DNA of 64,000 bases, taken from contig NC_042997.1 of NCBI RefSeq assembly GCF_006345805.1, forward strand, positions 31,248,001 through 31,312,000. Direction: 5' to 3'. Below the pieces are notes generated by a model that saw only the letters and a program-made list of their open reading frames with translations, made no database searches and had not been told where the DNA came from. Every line of letters starts with the position of its first letter. The first letter of the stretch is position 1. The translations under genes were made by a program, and so were the position numbers. Shown here in pieces: positions 13,156 to 27,431 of this stretch. This DNA comes from Octopus sinensis. Its lineage: Eukaryota.

Positions 13156-13447
13156 GGTTTGTATGAGGGATATCTATTATTCAAAGAGGGATATATATTA
13201 TTCAAAGGAATTCCAACTCTGTTTTTTATGTTTTATTTATATTCTTTATAATATTAATGTAGAATATAGAATATATAGTATAAATAACATATATATAGTG
13301 TAAAATGAAATGAAGTATTGATTGTCTTATTGAATAGATGAAATATTGAATATCGAATATTAAGGGACTAGTATACTTTCTTGCATTTAAGTGGTCTTCA
13401 AGGTCCCTGGTTGTGACAGGAATTTTCAATGTGTTATATATATATGT

Positions 13448-13508
<61 letters not shown>

Positions 13509-13535
13509 GTGGTGTTATATATAATATTGTATGTA

Positions 13536-13573
<38 letters not shown>

Positions 13574-13633
13574 TATATATATATATATGTAATATATTGG
13601 TGTATTATATATATATGTATGTATATATGTTAA

Positions 13634-13665
<32 letters not shown>

Positions 13666-13749
13666 CATATATATTATATACATACATATACAACCCTTAA
13701 ACATGTGTTAGGTATTTACTTAAAACTTCTCTATCTTTCTTTTTGCCTT

Positions 13750-13783
<34 letters not shown>

Positions 13784-14744
13784 CCTGTGCTCACCTTTTC
13801 TCTTTGTGTCTCTTCTCTCCTTCCCTCTCATCTCTTTTTTCAGGGTGCAAGTCATCTAACTCACTCTAAGGAAAACAACACCTCGAAAAGCAGGGTGCCA
13901 ACTCAGCGTTGAGTTCTATGCCGTATCAACTTACCTGTCCTCATACATACGCACATCACACAGAAAATACCTACATAACATACATACATAACACACACAT
14001 ATACATACGGACATACATATCAAAGTATATATATATATATATATATATCGTGAACGAGACCGAGGCAGGCACACACTTACACACGCACGGACACCTTTAT
14101 ACAATTATCTTATAAAGATTTCTCATCATGACTGGCCAAAACCTACAAAATCGCCATGTAGTTTTTCGTATCATTTTACATCTTTCTGTTCTGCATGCTG
14201 AAATCGTTCAACAGATTATTATCCTTTTTTTTCTTTTTTTTTTTTTGCTATCATAATCACGACATAGCAAACAACACGGCTGAACGAGTTATCTATCTTG
14301 ACACAATCGATTCATAAACTTGAGCTGCGTTGAATGAACCACGGCTGACCTTTTTTTTTTCGCTGACATCCACATCAGCATATGACATCACGTCACTATC
14401 ATGGAAACATCGCCGTCATTTTCATCACTGTTATTTCTTGTTTGGCCGTTCTGTTGTTCTGGTTATTTTTGTATCATCATGTTAGTGTTTTTTATTTCAT
14501 TTTTTTAAAATAAATAATATCAGTTTGTTTTTCTTTTTGTTTTGTTATCTTTTTATTGTATTTATATCGAAAGGAAGCGGTGTGAGGGAAATAGAGCGTC
14601 AAGCTGATTCTTTCGCGGGCATTGAGTATCTGTACTCACCGCGTTTTGCGTTCAAACCCTGTAAGGTGTATCATATATTTTACTATGCAATGGTTTCACT
14701 TTAGCTCCAGATCAACCACTGCTGAGCAGATCTACGAAGAGAGA

Positions 14745-14896
14745 TGCGGGCATGGCTGTGTGGTTAGGAAGCTCGCTTTGCATCCACGGGATTTCGCGTT
14801 CAGTTCCATTCTGCGGCACCTTGGACAACTGTCTTCCACCAAAATCCCGAACCTACCAGCTCCATATGAGTGAATTTAGAAGACAGAAACTTGTTG

Positions 14897-14930
<34 letters not shown>

Positions 14931-14990
14931 TACATATACATGTGTGTTTGTTGTTTACGTTTTCCTAACTTAGCGGTTCAGCAAAAGTAA
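14745..14990 (+). mobile_element. SINE family B, degenerate
   Basis: GGCTGTGTGGTTAGGAAGC..GTTCAGTTCC..CACCTTGGACAACTGTCTTC. Confidence 0.6.
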
Positions 14991-15184
14991 TCGACAAATT
15001 AAATAACAGACTTTGTGGACTGAAAACCGTTCAAGTCGATGCTCCAGGATAGCCGCAGTCGAATTACAGAAACAAGAAAATATAAAAAATAAAAATAAAT
15101 TCTGCGACTGGCCATCTGTTATTTTAATGGGTTTTTTTTTCTTTAATAACATTTCTGCTATAGCCACAAGGTCTGAAATTTTAG

Positions 15185-15355
15185 GGAGAGGTATGTCGAT
15201 TACATCGACCCAATGCTCAACTGGTACTTATTTTATAGATCCCCAAATGATGAAAGGTAATGTCCATCTCTGCAGCATTTGTACTCAGAACGTTAAGACG
15301 GACGAAATGCAGCGAAGCATCCCGTCCAGTGTGCTAACGATTCTGCTGACTCTTT
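15185..15355 (-). mobile_element. SINE family A, degenerate
   Basis: Diverged reverse complement of the family A head and body. Confidence 0.65.
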
Positions 15356-16408
15356 AGTAACATAGAATATCATCTGTAGTAGATTTGTAGCATTTATACT
15401 GGCTAATCTGTCAGGTCAATCAACCATGCAGGAGTTCGTTCCTTAACTCGTTTCATATCCCTGTGTTCATTTATTTATATGTTTATCTATTTATTAAATT
15501 ATTTATGTAAGTTGCTCCTAGTCAGCTCTGAGTGAATAGACCCGTGGTCAAAAGTATTTCAACTTTTCTTTACCAATAGCACAGCTACATTATCTCATGT
15601 ACCTTTTGTCTTTGAGACATTTGTGATTTAAGGATATTTTGACTGCTATTTCCAGCGTGTTAAGCTACGGCGTACAAGTTCCCTCGCTGGTTCGTTTCAT
15701 CTTGACAGATGTGATTTGAGAAGTTTATATTCTATATTTCTCATGAACAAATAAAGGCACAAAGAAAATGTAATCTGCTTTCACATTCAGAATTAATTTT
15801 AACTTTACTCATACACATATTTAATTGCTATTTTCTATTTATTCGTGTCTTTTTTTTTTTTCAAAAATAGCCTTATTGTTTTAATGACTGTAAACTCACA
15901 AGCATTTCCCCAACACCCAGAATCCATGAACACTTGTGATATTAAAATCTTTTGTAGCTGTTTCATTATGTTTCATTTACTTAGTTCCACTCATAACAAT
16001 CGTCTGAAGGTCGGTATTGAGAAATTTAGAATAACGATTTCTGAAGTTATCAGTTCTAAATATACTGTGTAAACTTTATCTTCAATATTGAGCACTATTC
16101 CTTTCTCCTTTTTCTCCATTTTGTTCAAACAAGAAAACAAAAAGACAACAACGCGAGGATGTGGAACATACAATTTAAAAATAGGATAAAATCTATATAA
16201 GAATTTATCAAGTATTTAGCGTGAAAAACCTCATAAAAGAAAAAAATCACCAATTTTTTCACTTAAATATATTTAAGTGATATGCAGCTAAATTCTGTTT
16301 TTAAATGACTTGCTTCGAGAGTTGCATTCGATACGATGTGTTTATTTATTTTGGTAGTTTTGATTTTAAGAGTTCCTCCTAGCGTGTGGTATTTATGTAT
16401 AGTAATGT

Positions 16409-16497
<89 letters not shown>

Positions 16498-16499
16498 TC

Positions 16500-16819
16500 T
16501 TTCTTTTTTCTTTCTTATTCTTTTATTATTTTACTTGTTTCAGTCATTTGAATATGGTCATACTGGAGCGTCGCTTTATAGGATTTTTAAATTTTTAGTC
16601 GAACAGATCGACCCCAGGACATATTTCTTATGCTTGTACTTATTTTATATATGCCCTTTTACCAAACCACTAAGTTACGGAGATGTAAACACACTAACAT
16701 CGGTTGTCAAGTGGTGGCGGGGGTGACAAATACACACACACGTAATGACATATACATATATATGTAATTTAAATATATGTATGTGAGTATATATATATAT
16801 ATATATACATATACATACA

Positions 16820-16850
<31 letters not shown>

Positions 16851-16955
16851 GTATACGACAGGCTTCTTTCAGTTTCCGTCTACCAAATCCACTCACAAGG
16901 ATTTGGTAGAAGACGCTTGCTCAAGGTTGCATGCAAGGGGACTGAACCCAGAACC
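16500..16955 (-). mobile_element. SINE family B, diverged
   Basis: TTTTACTTGTTTCAGTCATTTG..CTTCTTTCAGTTTCCGTCTACCAAATCCACTCACAAGG..GACTGAACCC. Confidence 0.8.
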
Positions 16956-17057
16956 ATATACGTGTGTGTGTGAGTGTGTGAGTGTGTGTAAATGCGTGTG
17001 TATGTATGTTAGTGTGCGTATACGTACTTATGTATGTCTATCTAACTATCAACCTAC

Positions 17058-17101
<44 letters not shown>

Positions 17102-17103
17102 CC

Positions 17104-17164
<61 letters not shown>

Positions 17165-17184
17165 CCATATATATATATATGTAT

Positions 17185-17221
<37 letters not shown>

Positions 17222-17268
17222 ATATGTATGTATTATAATATATTGTATGTATGTATATATGCATGTAT

Positions 17269-17321
<53 letters not shown>

Positions 17322-18136
17322 TACACACACACACACACATTCACACACGTATTTATAATGTGGGTGAACTATCAAGAAACTGTCAAATGTCTATCAGCTG
17401 CCTTAGAAAGAGGTTTTATTTTTCATAAGCCTGTCATACGACAAACACGTAGAAGAGGCTTACTCTCGCGTGGTCTCGTTCTAGCCTCGTTTTCCTTTTC
17501 ACAGATCCGCTAACGTTAAAAAGGAACACGTTTTGTTAAATTGTCTTTCTCCCCAACTGAGTAATTCTTCTTTTTTCCCCATTCTGCAGTTGACAAATTC
17601 ATATGGCAGCATGAGTGAAGGAACGGTGTGGTGGAATGGTTGAGGAGAAAAGAAAGTAATTTTAAAGCAGTGGTTTTTGACAATTGTAAACGCGAATAAA
17701 GAAACAAGACAAAAGGAAAAAAAAAAACCCACATCATAGAAAATAAAATATGTAACAAATGAAAATTCAAAAATAATCTTGTATAAAAAAGCAATTTAAC
17801 AAATGATAAATACAAAAAAATAAATTGAAATGAAATAGTACAAATTCTACTTTCTTTTCATCGGGTTCAATGTCCTAAATTTGTTTCTAAGCATGAGAAC
17901 GTTCGATGCTTGATTGGTCATGTCTTTCTGGAGAACATTCTAGTTAAAAAATTAGAAACAGTAAAAAGATTTGTCGGTGAGTCGGTACTATCAATAGAAG
18001 GTCGGACAAACTATCTTTACATTCTGGGTTCGAAACACATCGATATCAACTTTGTATTTCAATTTTCCATGAGCCGATAATTTATTTAAGCATCATTCAA
18101 GTACTGTGACTTATTTAACTGAATGTTTTCCTTTAC

Positions 18137-18345
18137 CCAAAATATGTGGCCATGTGCTCAACTGCACATCAATGCGCATTACTACGTCGTGGTCAGCACC
18201 ATTCAGGAATACGAGGTGACGGGAATATGCATAACCGAAAAAGTCGATGAGCTTGAAGTCCTCTGCATTTTCGTTTGGGTAAGCAAAAAAAAAAAGTGGC
18301 ATCGTGGATGCACGACAGAACTGCATTGAAGTTCGAAAGAAAGAC
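18137..18345 (-). CDS. candidate internal exon of an unidentified gene
   Basis: Minus strand: TTTTTTTTACAG| acceptor (alternative TGCAG| giving 18137-18262), an open frame ..EDFKLIDFFGYAYSRHLVFLNGADHDVVMRIDVQLSTWPHIL with coding-like codons, and a G|GTAAAG donor. No homolog is recognised, and the opposite strand is also open. Confidence 0.33.
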
Positions 18346-18424
18346 CTGTAAAAAAAACCCTATATGCATATTCAGACACTTCCAGCTGTTTCACACACTG
18401 ACTGTGTGCTTCACCTGAATATAT

Positions 18425-18655
18425 GCGGCGAGCTGGCAGAAACGTTAGCACGCCGGGCGAAACGCTTAGCGGTATTTCGTCTGTCGTTACGTTCTGAGCT
18501 CAAATTACGCCGAAGTCGACTTTGCCTTTCATCCCTTTCGGGGTCGATAAATAAAGTACCAGTTGCGTACTGGGGTTGATATAATCGACTTAATCCCTTT
18601 GTCTGTCTTTGTTTGTCCCCTCTACGTTTAGCCCCTTGTGGGTAGTAAAGAAATA
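18425..18655 (+). mobile_element. SINE family A, full copy
   Basis: Same head, body and AAAGAAAT tail as 7590. Confidence 0.88.
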
Positions 18656-19604
18656 TATATTCAGTGGATTTATTAAACTGCTATTCGGTTGAAGTATTCG
18701 GCATCACGTGGTCTTTTCAGCAATGACTTTTGCTTTCGTCGTTAAATGAGCTTTTACTTCAAGTGCTCTATGAAACAATCCTGCTTGAGGAGGCGATTGA
18801 CGACAATGCTATAGGAGCTGTTCAAGGCTGAGATGATACATCTGGAACAAGTCAAATACATATGTTAAGCACAAAGATAAACCAAGTAAAATCTGTAAAG
18901 TTGCCCTCCAGTAGCTGTGATGGTAATTCTAAGCCAACAGATGTCTGTCTTTCTATTGCTGTCTCAATGAAATTTCTCGAAATATGGTTTGGACTGTATA
19001 TACATACACCTGAAAAAGAAAACAGATTAGATAGCACAACCAGTAAAGGTATGTCTTGTGGCATTAGGGAGCGTGATCTTTGACTACTTAAGTTAAGTTA
19101 ATTTTTTGGCTCAAAAAGGAAAAAGCAAGGCCTTGTAGGGGACATGGAGTAGTTACTTGTTTTACTTAAGCCCACTTGAGCCTTATCACCAAAAGGCATT
19201 CCATTCGTGTCCATCCCGTCTTATTGCATATCTAGGACTTCATTATCCAATGTGTACTTTTGTTTTCGTTTTCGTTTTTAAGGTAGCAGTGTGTAGTTGA
19301 AATGAATTTAGCTGCCATTTCTAGAAGATTCAGAAAGTTTTTATCAAGCTGAAAGGTACCGTTGTCTATTCACAGTCAATACTCATTGTAAGGATATCTT
19401 ATCTGATGTGTTTGTTGTGTCACAACTGCAAAAATTCCAAATAGTTTTTTTTCTTCCGAAAGTGTAATGCTGGATCACGCCTGAAAGTAATTCAAAGCCA
19501 GCTTAAGGTATGGGCAAACTGGGAGGTTGTTTAGGAGGCCCCAAGGTCTAGGGACCCAATTCAAACCTATGTATGTTGTGGTTTGCTGTCAATAAATAAA
19601 TACT

Positions 19605-19838
19605 TATTTCTTTATTACCCACAAGGGGCTAAACATAGAAGGGACAAACAAGGACAGACAAACGGATTAAGTCGATTACATCGACCCCAGTGCGTAACTG
19701 GTACTTAATTTATCGACCCCGAAAGGATGAAAGGCAAAGTCGACCGCGGCGGAATTTGAACTCAGACCGTAACGGCAGATGAAATACCACTAAACATTTC
19801 GCCCGGCGTGCTAACGATTCTGCCAGCTCGCCGCCTTA
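19605..19838 (-). mobile_element. SINE family A, full copy with TSD
   Basis: Reverse complement of family A, flanked by AATAAATAAATACT at 19591-19604 and 19851-19864. Confidence 0.9.
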
Positions 19839-20201
19839 CTATACTATACTAATAAATAAATACTATAGGGTCCAATGCATTGATATCTCCAGGAGCCTAC
19901 AGTCCTCCTGAGGCGGATCTGCATTGACTAAGGACGCAATTTTGACATCTAAAATATTGCTGCTTTCTCTCAGTATTTCAACGTTTGGTGGAGTAAATCT
20001 TACATACACATCTTACCACAAACATGTGCTTTTATAGCTAGGTTGGTAATCACTATCCAGCTTGATCTGAGTGTCGGTTAGATATCTCGTGTGTCGGTCA
20101 GATATCGGTTTCGGCTCATTGTGTTTCTGAGTTCAAATTATGCGGAGGGTAAGTTTGCCTTCCATGTTTCCATACTCGTAAAATAAGTACTAGTTAAATG
20201 T

Positions 20202-20582
20202 GGAGGCGCAATGGCCCAGTGGTTAGGGCAGCGGACTCGCGGTCATAGGATCGCGGTTTCGATTCCCAGACCGGGCGTTGTGAGTGTTTATTGAGCAAAA
20301 ACACCTAAAGCTCCACGAGGCTCCGGCTGGGATGGTGGTGATCCCTGCTGTACTCTTTCACCACAACTTTCTCTCACTCTTACTTCCTGTTTCTGTTGTA
20401 CCTGTATTTCAAAGGGCCGGCCTTGTCACTCTCTGTGTCACGCTGAATATCCCCGAGAACTACGTTAAGGATACACGTGTCTGTGGAGTGCTCAGCCACT
20501 TACACGTTAATTTCACGAGCAGGCTGTTCCGTTGATTTGGATCAACCGGAACCATCGTCGTCGTAACCGACGGAGTGCTTCC
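20202..20582 (+). mobile_element. tRNA-derived SINE family C, full copy
   Basis: tRNA-like head GGAGGCGCAATGGCCCAGTGGTTAGG (A box)..GGTTTCGATTCC (B box), with tail ..GTAACCGACGGAGTGC. Confidence 0.85.
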
Positions 20583-20799
20583 CATCCACTAGTTAAGTAC
20601 TGAATCAGTTGCTATTTGAGTGTTTATTTACCGTTATATGTCAGGCGGTGTGCTTGAGTAAGAAACCATATTTATTATTCTCATCACATTGCTGTTTCTA
20701 CTGATAGCAACAATGTTGAGGGTAAGGCTGTTGCAGATACTGTTACAAAAAAAGGCATCTGTAGTGCTTCCAATAGTGTTGCTACTGATACTACAATTA

Positions 20800-21015
20800 C
20801 CACTACTATGCTACTACTACAACAACAACTACAACTACTACTGCTGCTACTGCTACTGCTGCTGCTGCTGCTGCTTTTTGAGAGTGACGATGATGATGAT
20901 GATGATGAGTTGATGATGGTGACAACGACAACGACGATGAAGATGATGTTGACAATGGTGACGATAATGATGAATATGATGATGCCGAATGATGACGACA
21001 ACGGTGATAATAATA

Positions 21016-21050
<35 letters not shown>

Positions 21051-21447
21051 TAATAATAATAATAATAATAATGATAATAATAATAATAATAATATTAATA
21101 ATAATAGTATAATAATAATAATAGTAATAATAATAATATTATAATAATAATAATAATAATAATAATGATAATAATAATAATAATAATAATATTAATAATA
21201 ATAGTAATAATATATATAGTAATAATAATAATAATAGAAATAATAATAATAGTAATAATAATAATAACAATAATAATAATAATAGTAATAATAATAATAA
21301 TATAATAATAATAATATAATAATAATAATGATAATAATAATAATAATAATAATATTAATAATAATAGTAATAATAATAATAATAGTAATAATAATAATAA
21401 TAGAAATAATAATAATAGTAATAATAATAATAACAATAATAATAATA

Positions 21448-21504
<57 letters not shown>

Positions 21505-21670
21505 GCAACAACAACAACAACGATGATAATAATGATAATAATGGTAATAATAAAGATAAGAGTTATATGATGATGATGTTGATGATGACGACGGCAGTGG
21601 TGGTGTTGGTGGAGGGAGTGCAGTTAAAGATGAAAAGATGACGATGATGATGATGATAATGATGGGTATG
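20800..21670 (+). repeat. compound trinucleotide microsatellite with ~500 bp of (AAT)n
   Basis: (CTA/CTG)n, (GAT)n and (AAT)n seen directly. Confidence 0.95.
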
Positions 21671-22976
21671 TACGATGATGGTGATGTCTGTGCAGTTACT
21701 GCTTCAATTGTCGTCGTTTAATATTAATCCGTTGTGTGATGGAGTGTTAAAGTAGACAGCTGTCATGAACAAAACTTCACATTTTTTATGTCACGTGTAG
21801 TCTTTCAGTTGCTTTACAATATATATTTTTCTCCAATAATTTTTCATCTTGTACAACACACACATGTTCGCTTCCACTCAGAGATAGATATTTATACACA
21901 AGCAAACATATAAATATAAACAAACATACATACCTACTTACATACACTCATATATACATACATACCGACGTAGTAGTTCTAATATACATATATACATATA
22001 TACGTACATACAAACATACATACAAGCATACATACGTACTTACATACAATATCCACACCCAATATATACGTTAAAACTTAGAATTACATAAATAGGAACA
22101 CGCACACTCACACACACATATTCACAAACGCAAACACCTGTACACATACATATGCAGCCACAAGCGTTCATGCTTATACACACATGCATATATATATATA
22201 TATATATATATGTGCGTGAGTGTGAACAAATAAATGTATGCATATGTGTGTATGTGAGTGTGTATATATATATATATATCTTTGCATAGAATATACTGAC
22301 ACAATACAAAAATTGGTACAGTCATTTTATAAGAACATACACACATATACAAGTCTCTCTCTCGTACTATTCTATATTCGATCTCCCATCTCTTCTTCAT
22401 ATCTCCCTCTCCATCTATATACACATATATATATGCATACATATATATTTATATATGCATATATATATGTATACTTGTATGTATATACAGACAAAATATC
22501 TGTCTTTCTCTCTCTATCTCTCTCTATATATATGTGTGTGCGGGTGTGTGTATGCATATTATTGTGTCTGGGGACTCCTTCTCTTTTAGTGCCTTATTAC
22601 ATAACACACTCACCGATTTGATTTCCACTCGTCTATTCTTCGTATCTCCTTCTATGCGAGTAAATATATATATATATAGTTGATAAAAAAAGGAAAAGCA
22701 AACAAGAAAAAACAACCGGCCAGGTTGGAGCAGTCTCAAGTGTAACAGGCCGAAACTGCAACGATGATCTGGAACTCGACTGAGAACAGGAAGCTCCGAA
22801 TGACTCGTCCTTGTTTTTTTGTGTGTTTCTTTCAGTGTTCACAAATAACACGAAAAAATAAATAGTTACCAGGGTAGAAAAAACTGACACAGGTACCAAG
22901 GATGTAACCGCCTACTTATAAAGATAGAAACTGTGGGTTTTAGGTGAAATGCTTCATATAATATAGATAAATAAAT

Positions 22977-23667
22977 AAATGGAGTTAAATGCTAGTGTTA
23001 TTCAAATCTTTTTACTTCCGACATATGTTTCGAAAAAAACATTTGTATGATTCCAGAAAGAATAAAATGGTGTAAAACAATGCAATCTTCTCATCAGGGA
23101 AAGAAAGAAACCAAACACATCAAATAAGACATTTTAACAGCATGTCATGACTGTGTATATGATGAAGAGAACGCTATCAATTTTTAAAAAACCGTTAGTA
23201 GATACAACGTGAAGGTGGTTAATAGAAAGAGGAGAAGAAAAAAAAGACAGAAATTAGCAGAAAACTAATAGTGGAGAGATATAGAGCGATAGGCGAATTA
23301 GAATAAAGCTTAAAGGCATGGAAGTAGATATATTTAGTGGAAAAGAAATGTAAGGAGACTGTCAAAGGTCGAATTTTATAGAATGGTAGAAATCACTTAT
23401 AGGAACTAAAGATATGTTTCTGACAATGTTTGCAACGGGTTCTATAAACGTGTTTACAAGGGTTTTTAAAAAACTGGATAGCGCTCCCTTCATCATATAT
23501 GCAGTCATCACATTCTGTTAAAATGTCTTATTGATGTGTTCGATTTCTTTCTTTCTTTCCCTGATGAGAGGATTGCATTGTTTTACACAATTTTATTCCT
23601 TCTGGAATAATACCAATGATTTTTTCGAAACATATGTCGGAAGTAAAAAGACTGAAAAACTCCATTT
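22977..23667. mobile_element. MITE/foldback-like element with long terminal inverted repeats
   Basis: About 23000-23140 is the diverged reverse complement of about 23515-23657. The interior is non-coding. Confidence 0.6.
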
Positions 23668-24259
23668 AATATATATATATATATATATACATACATACTA
23701 CATCCATACATAATACATATATATGTATTAGTATGTATGTAGTATGTATGTATATATGTATGTATATAAGTATGTATGGGGAAAGTAAGAAAAAAAAAGC
23801 GAAAATGCACATTGAATATCAAAAGCAAAAAATTAACGCTTTTTACGAAAGGTAGCAATAAATAAATACAGTTAGATGAACTGAGGTAGAATTAAGAGAA
23901 ATTAAATGAATTATTTTGAATTGTTAAAGAGATTCAAAGTCAAACCGGTATCGGTTTTATCCTCCGTTCGTACTTACGTTAACTTTTGTTGCACTTCGGG
24001 AGAGTTTTTATACAAATAACAAGCTCATTCAAGAGTTCTATTTCAATTCTTTTGTTATTATTAGTTAATTGGTTAACTATTTAACCAATTGACTAATTTG
24101 TTTGTTTAATTGCACGGTCAGTCAGTCAGTCAGTCAATCAGACGAAAGGATTTTGACAAATCTAACTGATTATGATTAACTGACCGAATAATTTATCAGT
24201 TAATTGGTTATCTAATTGGCTAGTAATAATAATAAAAGAAGTGAAATAGAACCAGTGCG

Positions 24260-24332
<73 letters not shown>

Positions 24333-24349
24333 CATTGTTATTATCATCC

Positions 24350-24383
<34 letters not shown>

Positions 24384-25433
24384 TATTATTATTATTATTA
24401 TTATTATTAGCATAATGACCCTCCCAAAATACAATAAAATCTGTTTCAGCACGTGATATTATAAAAAACAAATCTTGCAAACCAAATACAGATATGAAAT
24501 AACGAATATGATTTTATGCACATAAAATCTAAGCAAATTATTAAATTCACTATTATAGTTAAAATTTAATATACATTAGTACATAATTCAGTCACTAATG
24601 TTACTGAATTGTTACACTCAATCTATTAGGACTATCGGATAACAGGCCATTTCGTTATTTAGTATCTTCACAGAAATGACGCGTCATCATAAGACGTTGA
24701 CAGTTAACCTTTGACATTTTCCCGTTCTCTGTTTCGTCTTCTCGAAGCTTTTACGCTCACACACACCACTGTCACACGCACGTACGCACGGACACATACA
24801 TATACATATATATGTACATATACGATATATATATATATATATACACACCACACACATATATATATACATACATACATACATATATATATATATATATTAT
24901 ATATATATAATATATTATATCTACATATGTATATATACATATATATATATATACAGATGTATATATATATATATGCATTATGTATATATTTATGCATTGT
25001 ATATATATATATATGAATGTATGTGTGTATACGCTCACATACACGCACACACATTCATATCGATGGGTTTTGCGTTCGACTGTTCGGATTAGTAGTGGTT
25101 ATCTTCAAGCAAACACGTTACGTGACCACATACCATAAATCTTGTGGTGGTGTCTATAGGTTGGTGTCGTATTTGATGATCACTTCAACCTCGTACATAT
25201 ATACATACATACGTATGTATTGTGTTTACTAGTGTATTACTTGTCAAAAATGCCACGACCTCTGAGTGTAAAATAGCTTATGCAAGCAATAATAATATTT
25301 AAACATTATGCAGACATGGGCACCATACATACATACATACATGCGTGTATATATATATACATACATATTTATGCCATAATAGATCGTTAGCTCCTACACG
25401 CATTTCTTTCTCTCCTTGTTTTTTTTCTGGGTA

Positions 25434-25471
25434 TCTTTCTGTCGAAGAGCGTAGGCTCGAAACGTAAAAGA
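25434..25471 (+). ncRNA. minimal type I hammerhead motif, family B (A6U variant)
   Basis: UCUUU-CUGUCGA-A-GAGC(GUAG)GCUC-GAAA-CG-UA/AAAGA, with a 5-bp stem I. Confidence 0.55.
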
Positions 25472-26247
25472 CTTTTGGTATTTCTATTCCTGAGCGCTAT
25501 ACTAATACATTTGTTTGTACTCCACCTGCCTTCGTCTTTTGTCTATTTTCGTAAACTTTCCCGTTATATATATATATATTATATATATATACATATATAA
25601 ATAAATATAGGGATGGTATTATTAAAATACCATTACAAGTGGCAAGCGAATTATCAGCCGTACAGGCAAATTAATAAAATATATACATACAATATTAGAT
25701 ATGTACATATATACACGAGGGTACTACATGAGTATCCATATCGCTAATGATAGAAGTCAAAAATTACTTCTGTACCACCGAATAGTCACAAATCTATTAC
25801 AGACAAGATAGGAAAAAATATCACTGAACAATAATAATGTCTTACCTCAAATGAGTCAGAACAAGTAAATGCTGGTCAGCCTGGTACCGGTTTCGAAATT
25901 TAGCGCCACCTAGGCGCGTGATTTCTCATCAGCCAAAGTCCGCCAGCTAAATAACTACTAACATTCTCCCCCATCATGCCTGCGAAAGTTCGTTTGAAGT
26001 GACCATATATATATATATACATATATACACACATACATACATATATATGTGTATATATACATATATATAATTTATTTAAAGGCCACAATACATTTATTAA
26101 AACGGTTCTAGTAGTTTCCTATATTGAGAAAACTCAAACATATTCTTCAGGTGCAAGCCACATATCAATAGTAGCGCTTTAATACATGTACTGTGACTTT
26201 CAATAAATAAGATTTGTCTTTAACTATCGCGGATCAGTACATTATAT

Positions 26248-26330
<83 letters not shown>

Positions 26331-26728
26331 ACAACAAATTGAGGAACGGCTATAATAGGCCGTTCGACCCACTAGAAATAGCAGCCAGGGCTCCAACCGC
26401 AAATAGTAGTAATTCCGGAATCAGAGGAAAAATTAAAAAAACATTTACCCTGTTCATCTTTAGACAATGCATTGTTTCAACAGCGTTTTTTAATGGTAAA
26501 CCAACCTGATTAAATTAAATTAAACTTAATCAAGTCAATCTTCCAAAGGCCAACGCGTTCATCAGTAAAGGAGCCAGGAGGGACAGAAATTACACGAGGC
26601 AGCTACCTTCATGCCTCGGTAATATCTGACCTAAAATTTTCAAAATCATCGTACTCGCGCCAACTTATCGGCAGCAAATATAAACCGCGATTCAATTTCG
26701 GAATTAATCAGAAATTATCAATTAATCA

Positions 26729-26833
26729 ATATTAGGGTAGCAAAAAATTCAATAGAAATTATTTTGCCACCTCTTTCTCACTAGACCGCTGGTGGCAAAA
26801 TAATTTCTATTGAATTTTTTGCTACCCTAATAT
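26729..26833. repeat. inverted repeat, 43-bp arms, 19-nt spacer
   Basis: ATATTAGGGTAGCAAAAAATTCAATAGAAATTATTTTGCCACC and its reverse complement. Confidence 0.92.
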
Positions 26834-27431
26834 ATATATATATCACTACAAATACAAACTTCATTGACCCAGCTATTCTAATTTACATAATCAGCGCTCT
26901 AATGGCAGTTAAGCTGAATAATTACAGACACTTCCATTATCCAAAATACATTGCCTAGCGCATCAATAATTAAATGATGTAGCTGCCAAAAAGTACTATT
27001 TATGCAAATCGAAATTACTGATTTATTGAAGTCATCATTTGTAGAATTTACACACACACGCACACACACACGCACACACACACACACACACACGTATATA
27101 ATTGTTGGCTCTATCTCTCTGTTCTTTAGGTCTAAAGAAGATGTAAACCAGTGGGTCTTAACTATTTTTTTTCCACGGACCCCTGTGGTTACCGTTTTAC
27201 TTTACTGGACCGTTATAACCATTCGAAATATAGAAAAACAATCCTATTGTATTTTTTTTTTTGAATATTAATTGGGAGTGTATAACAAATTGAGATATTT
27301 TGTGTATTGTTTTATCCTGACAATTTGTTGTGTTTTACAACATTGAATAGTTACATCGTCACTTTTCGAAATGCAATTCATTGTCTGATTATATTGTGAA
27401 TTTTCTCTTGTAAATCATTTTTTGTGAACCC

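Noticed and set aside
18225-18270. KLIDFFG as a protein-kinase DFG motif
   Set aside because: It has an extra Phe and lacks the upstream HRD and downstream APE motifs.
20202-20280. Possible tRNA gene
   Set aside because: The A and B boxes continue into a SINE body shared with other copies, and I see no complete cloverleaf.
23560-23600. CTGATGA motifs here and at 25924, 46902, 48184 and 63499 (some on the minus strand)
   Set aside because: None has a stem II followed by GAAA and a cleavage triplet.
27148-27270. hAT-like terminus CAGTGGGTCTTAAC..CACGGACCCCT
   Set aside because: No matching second terminus or TSD was found.
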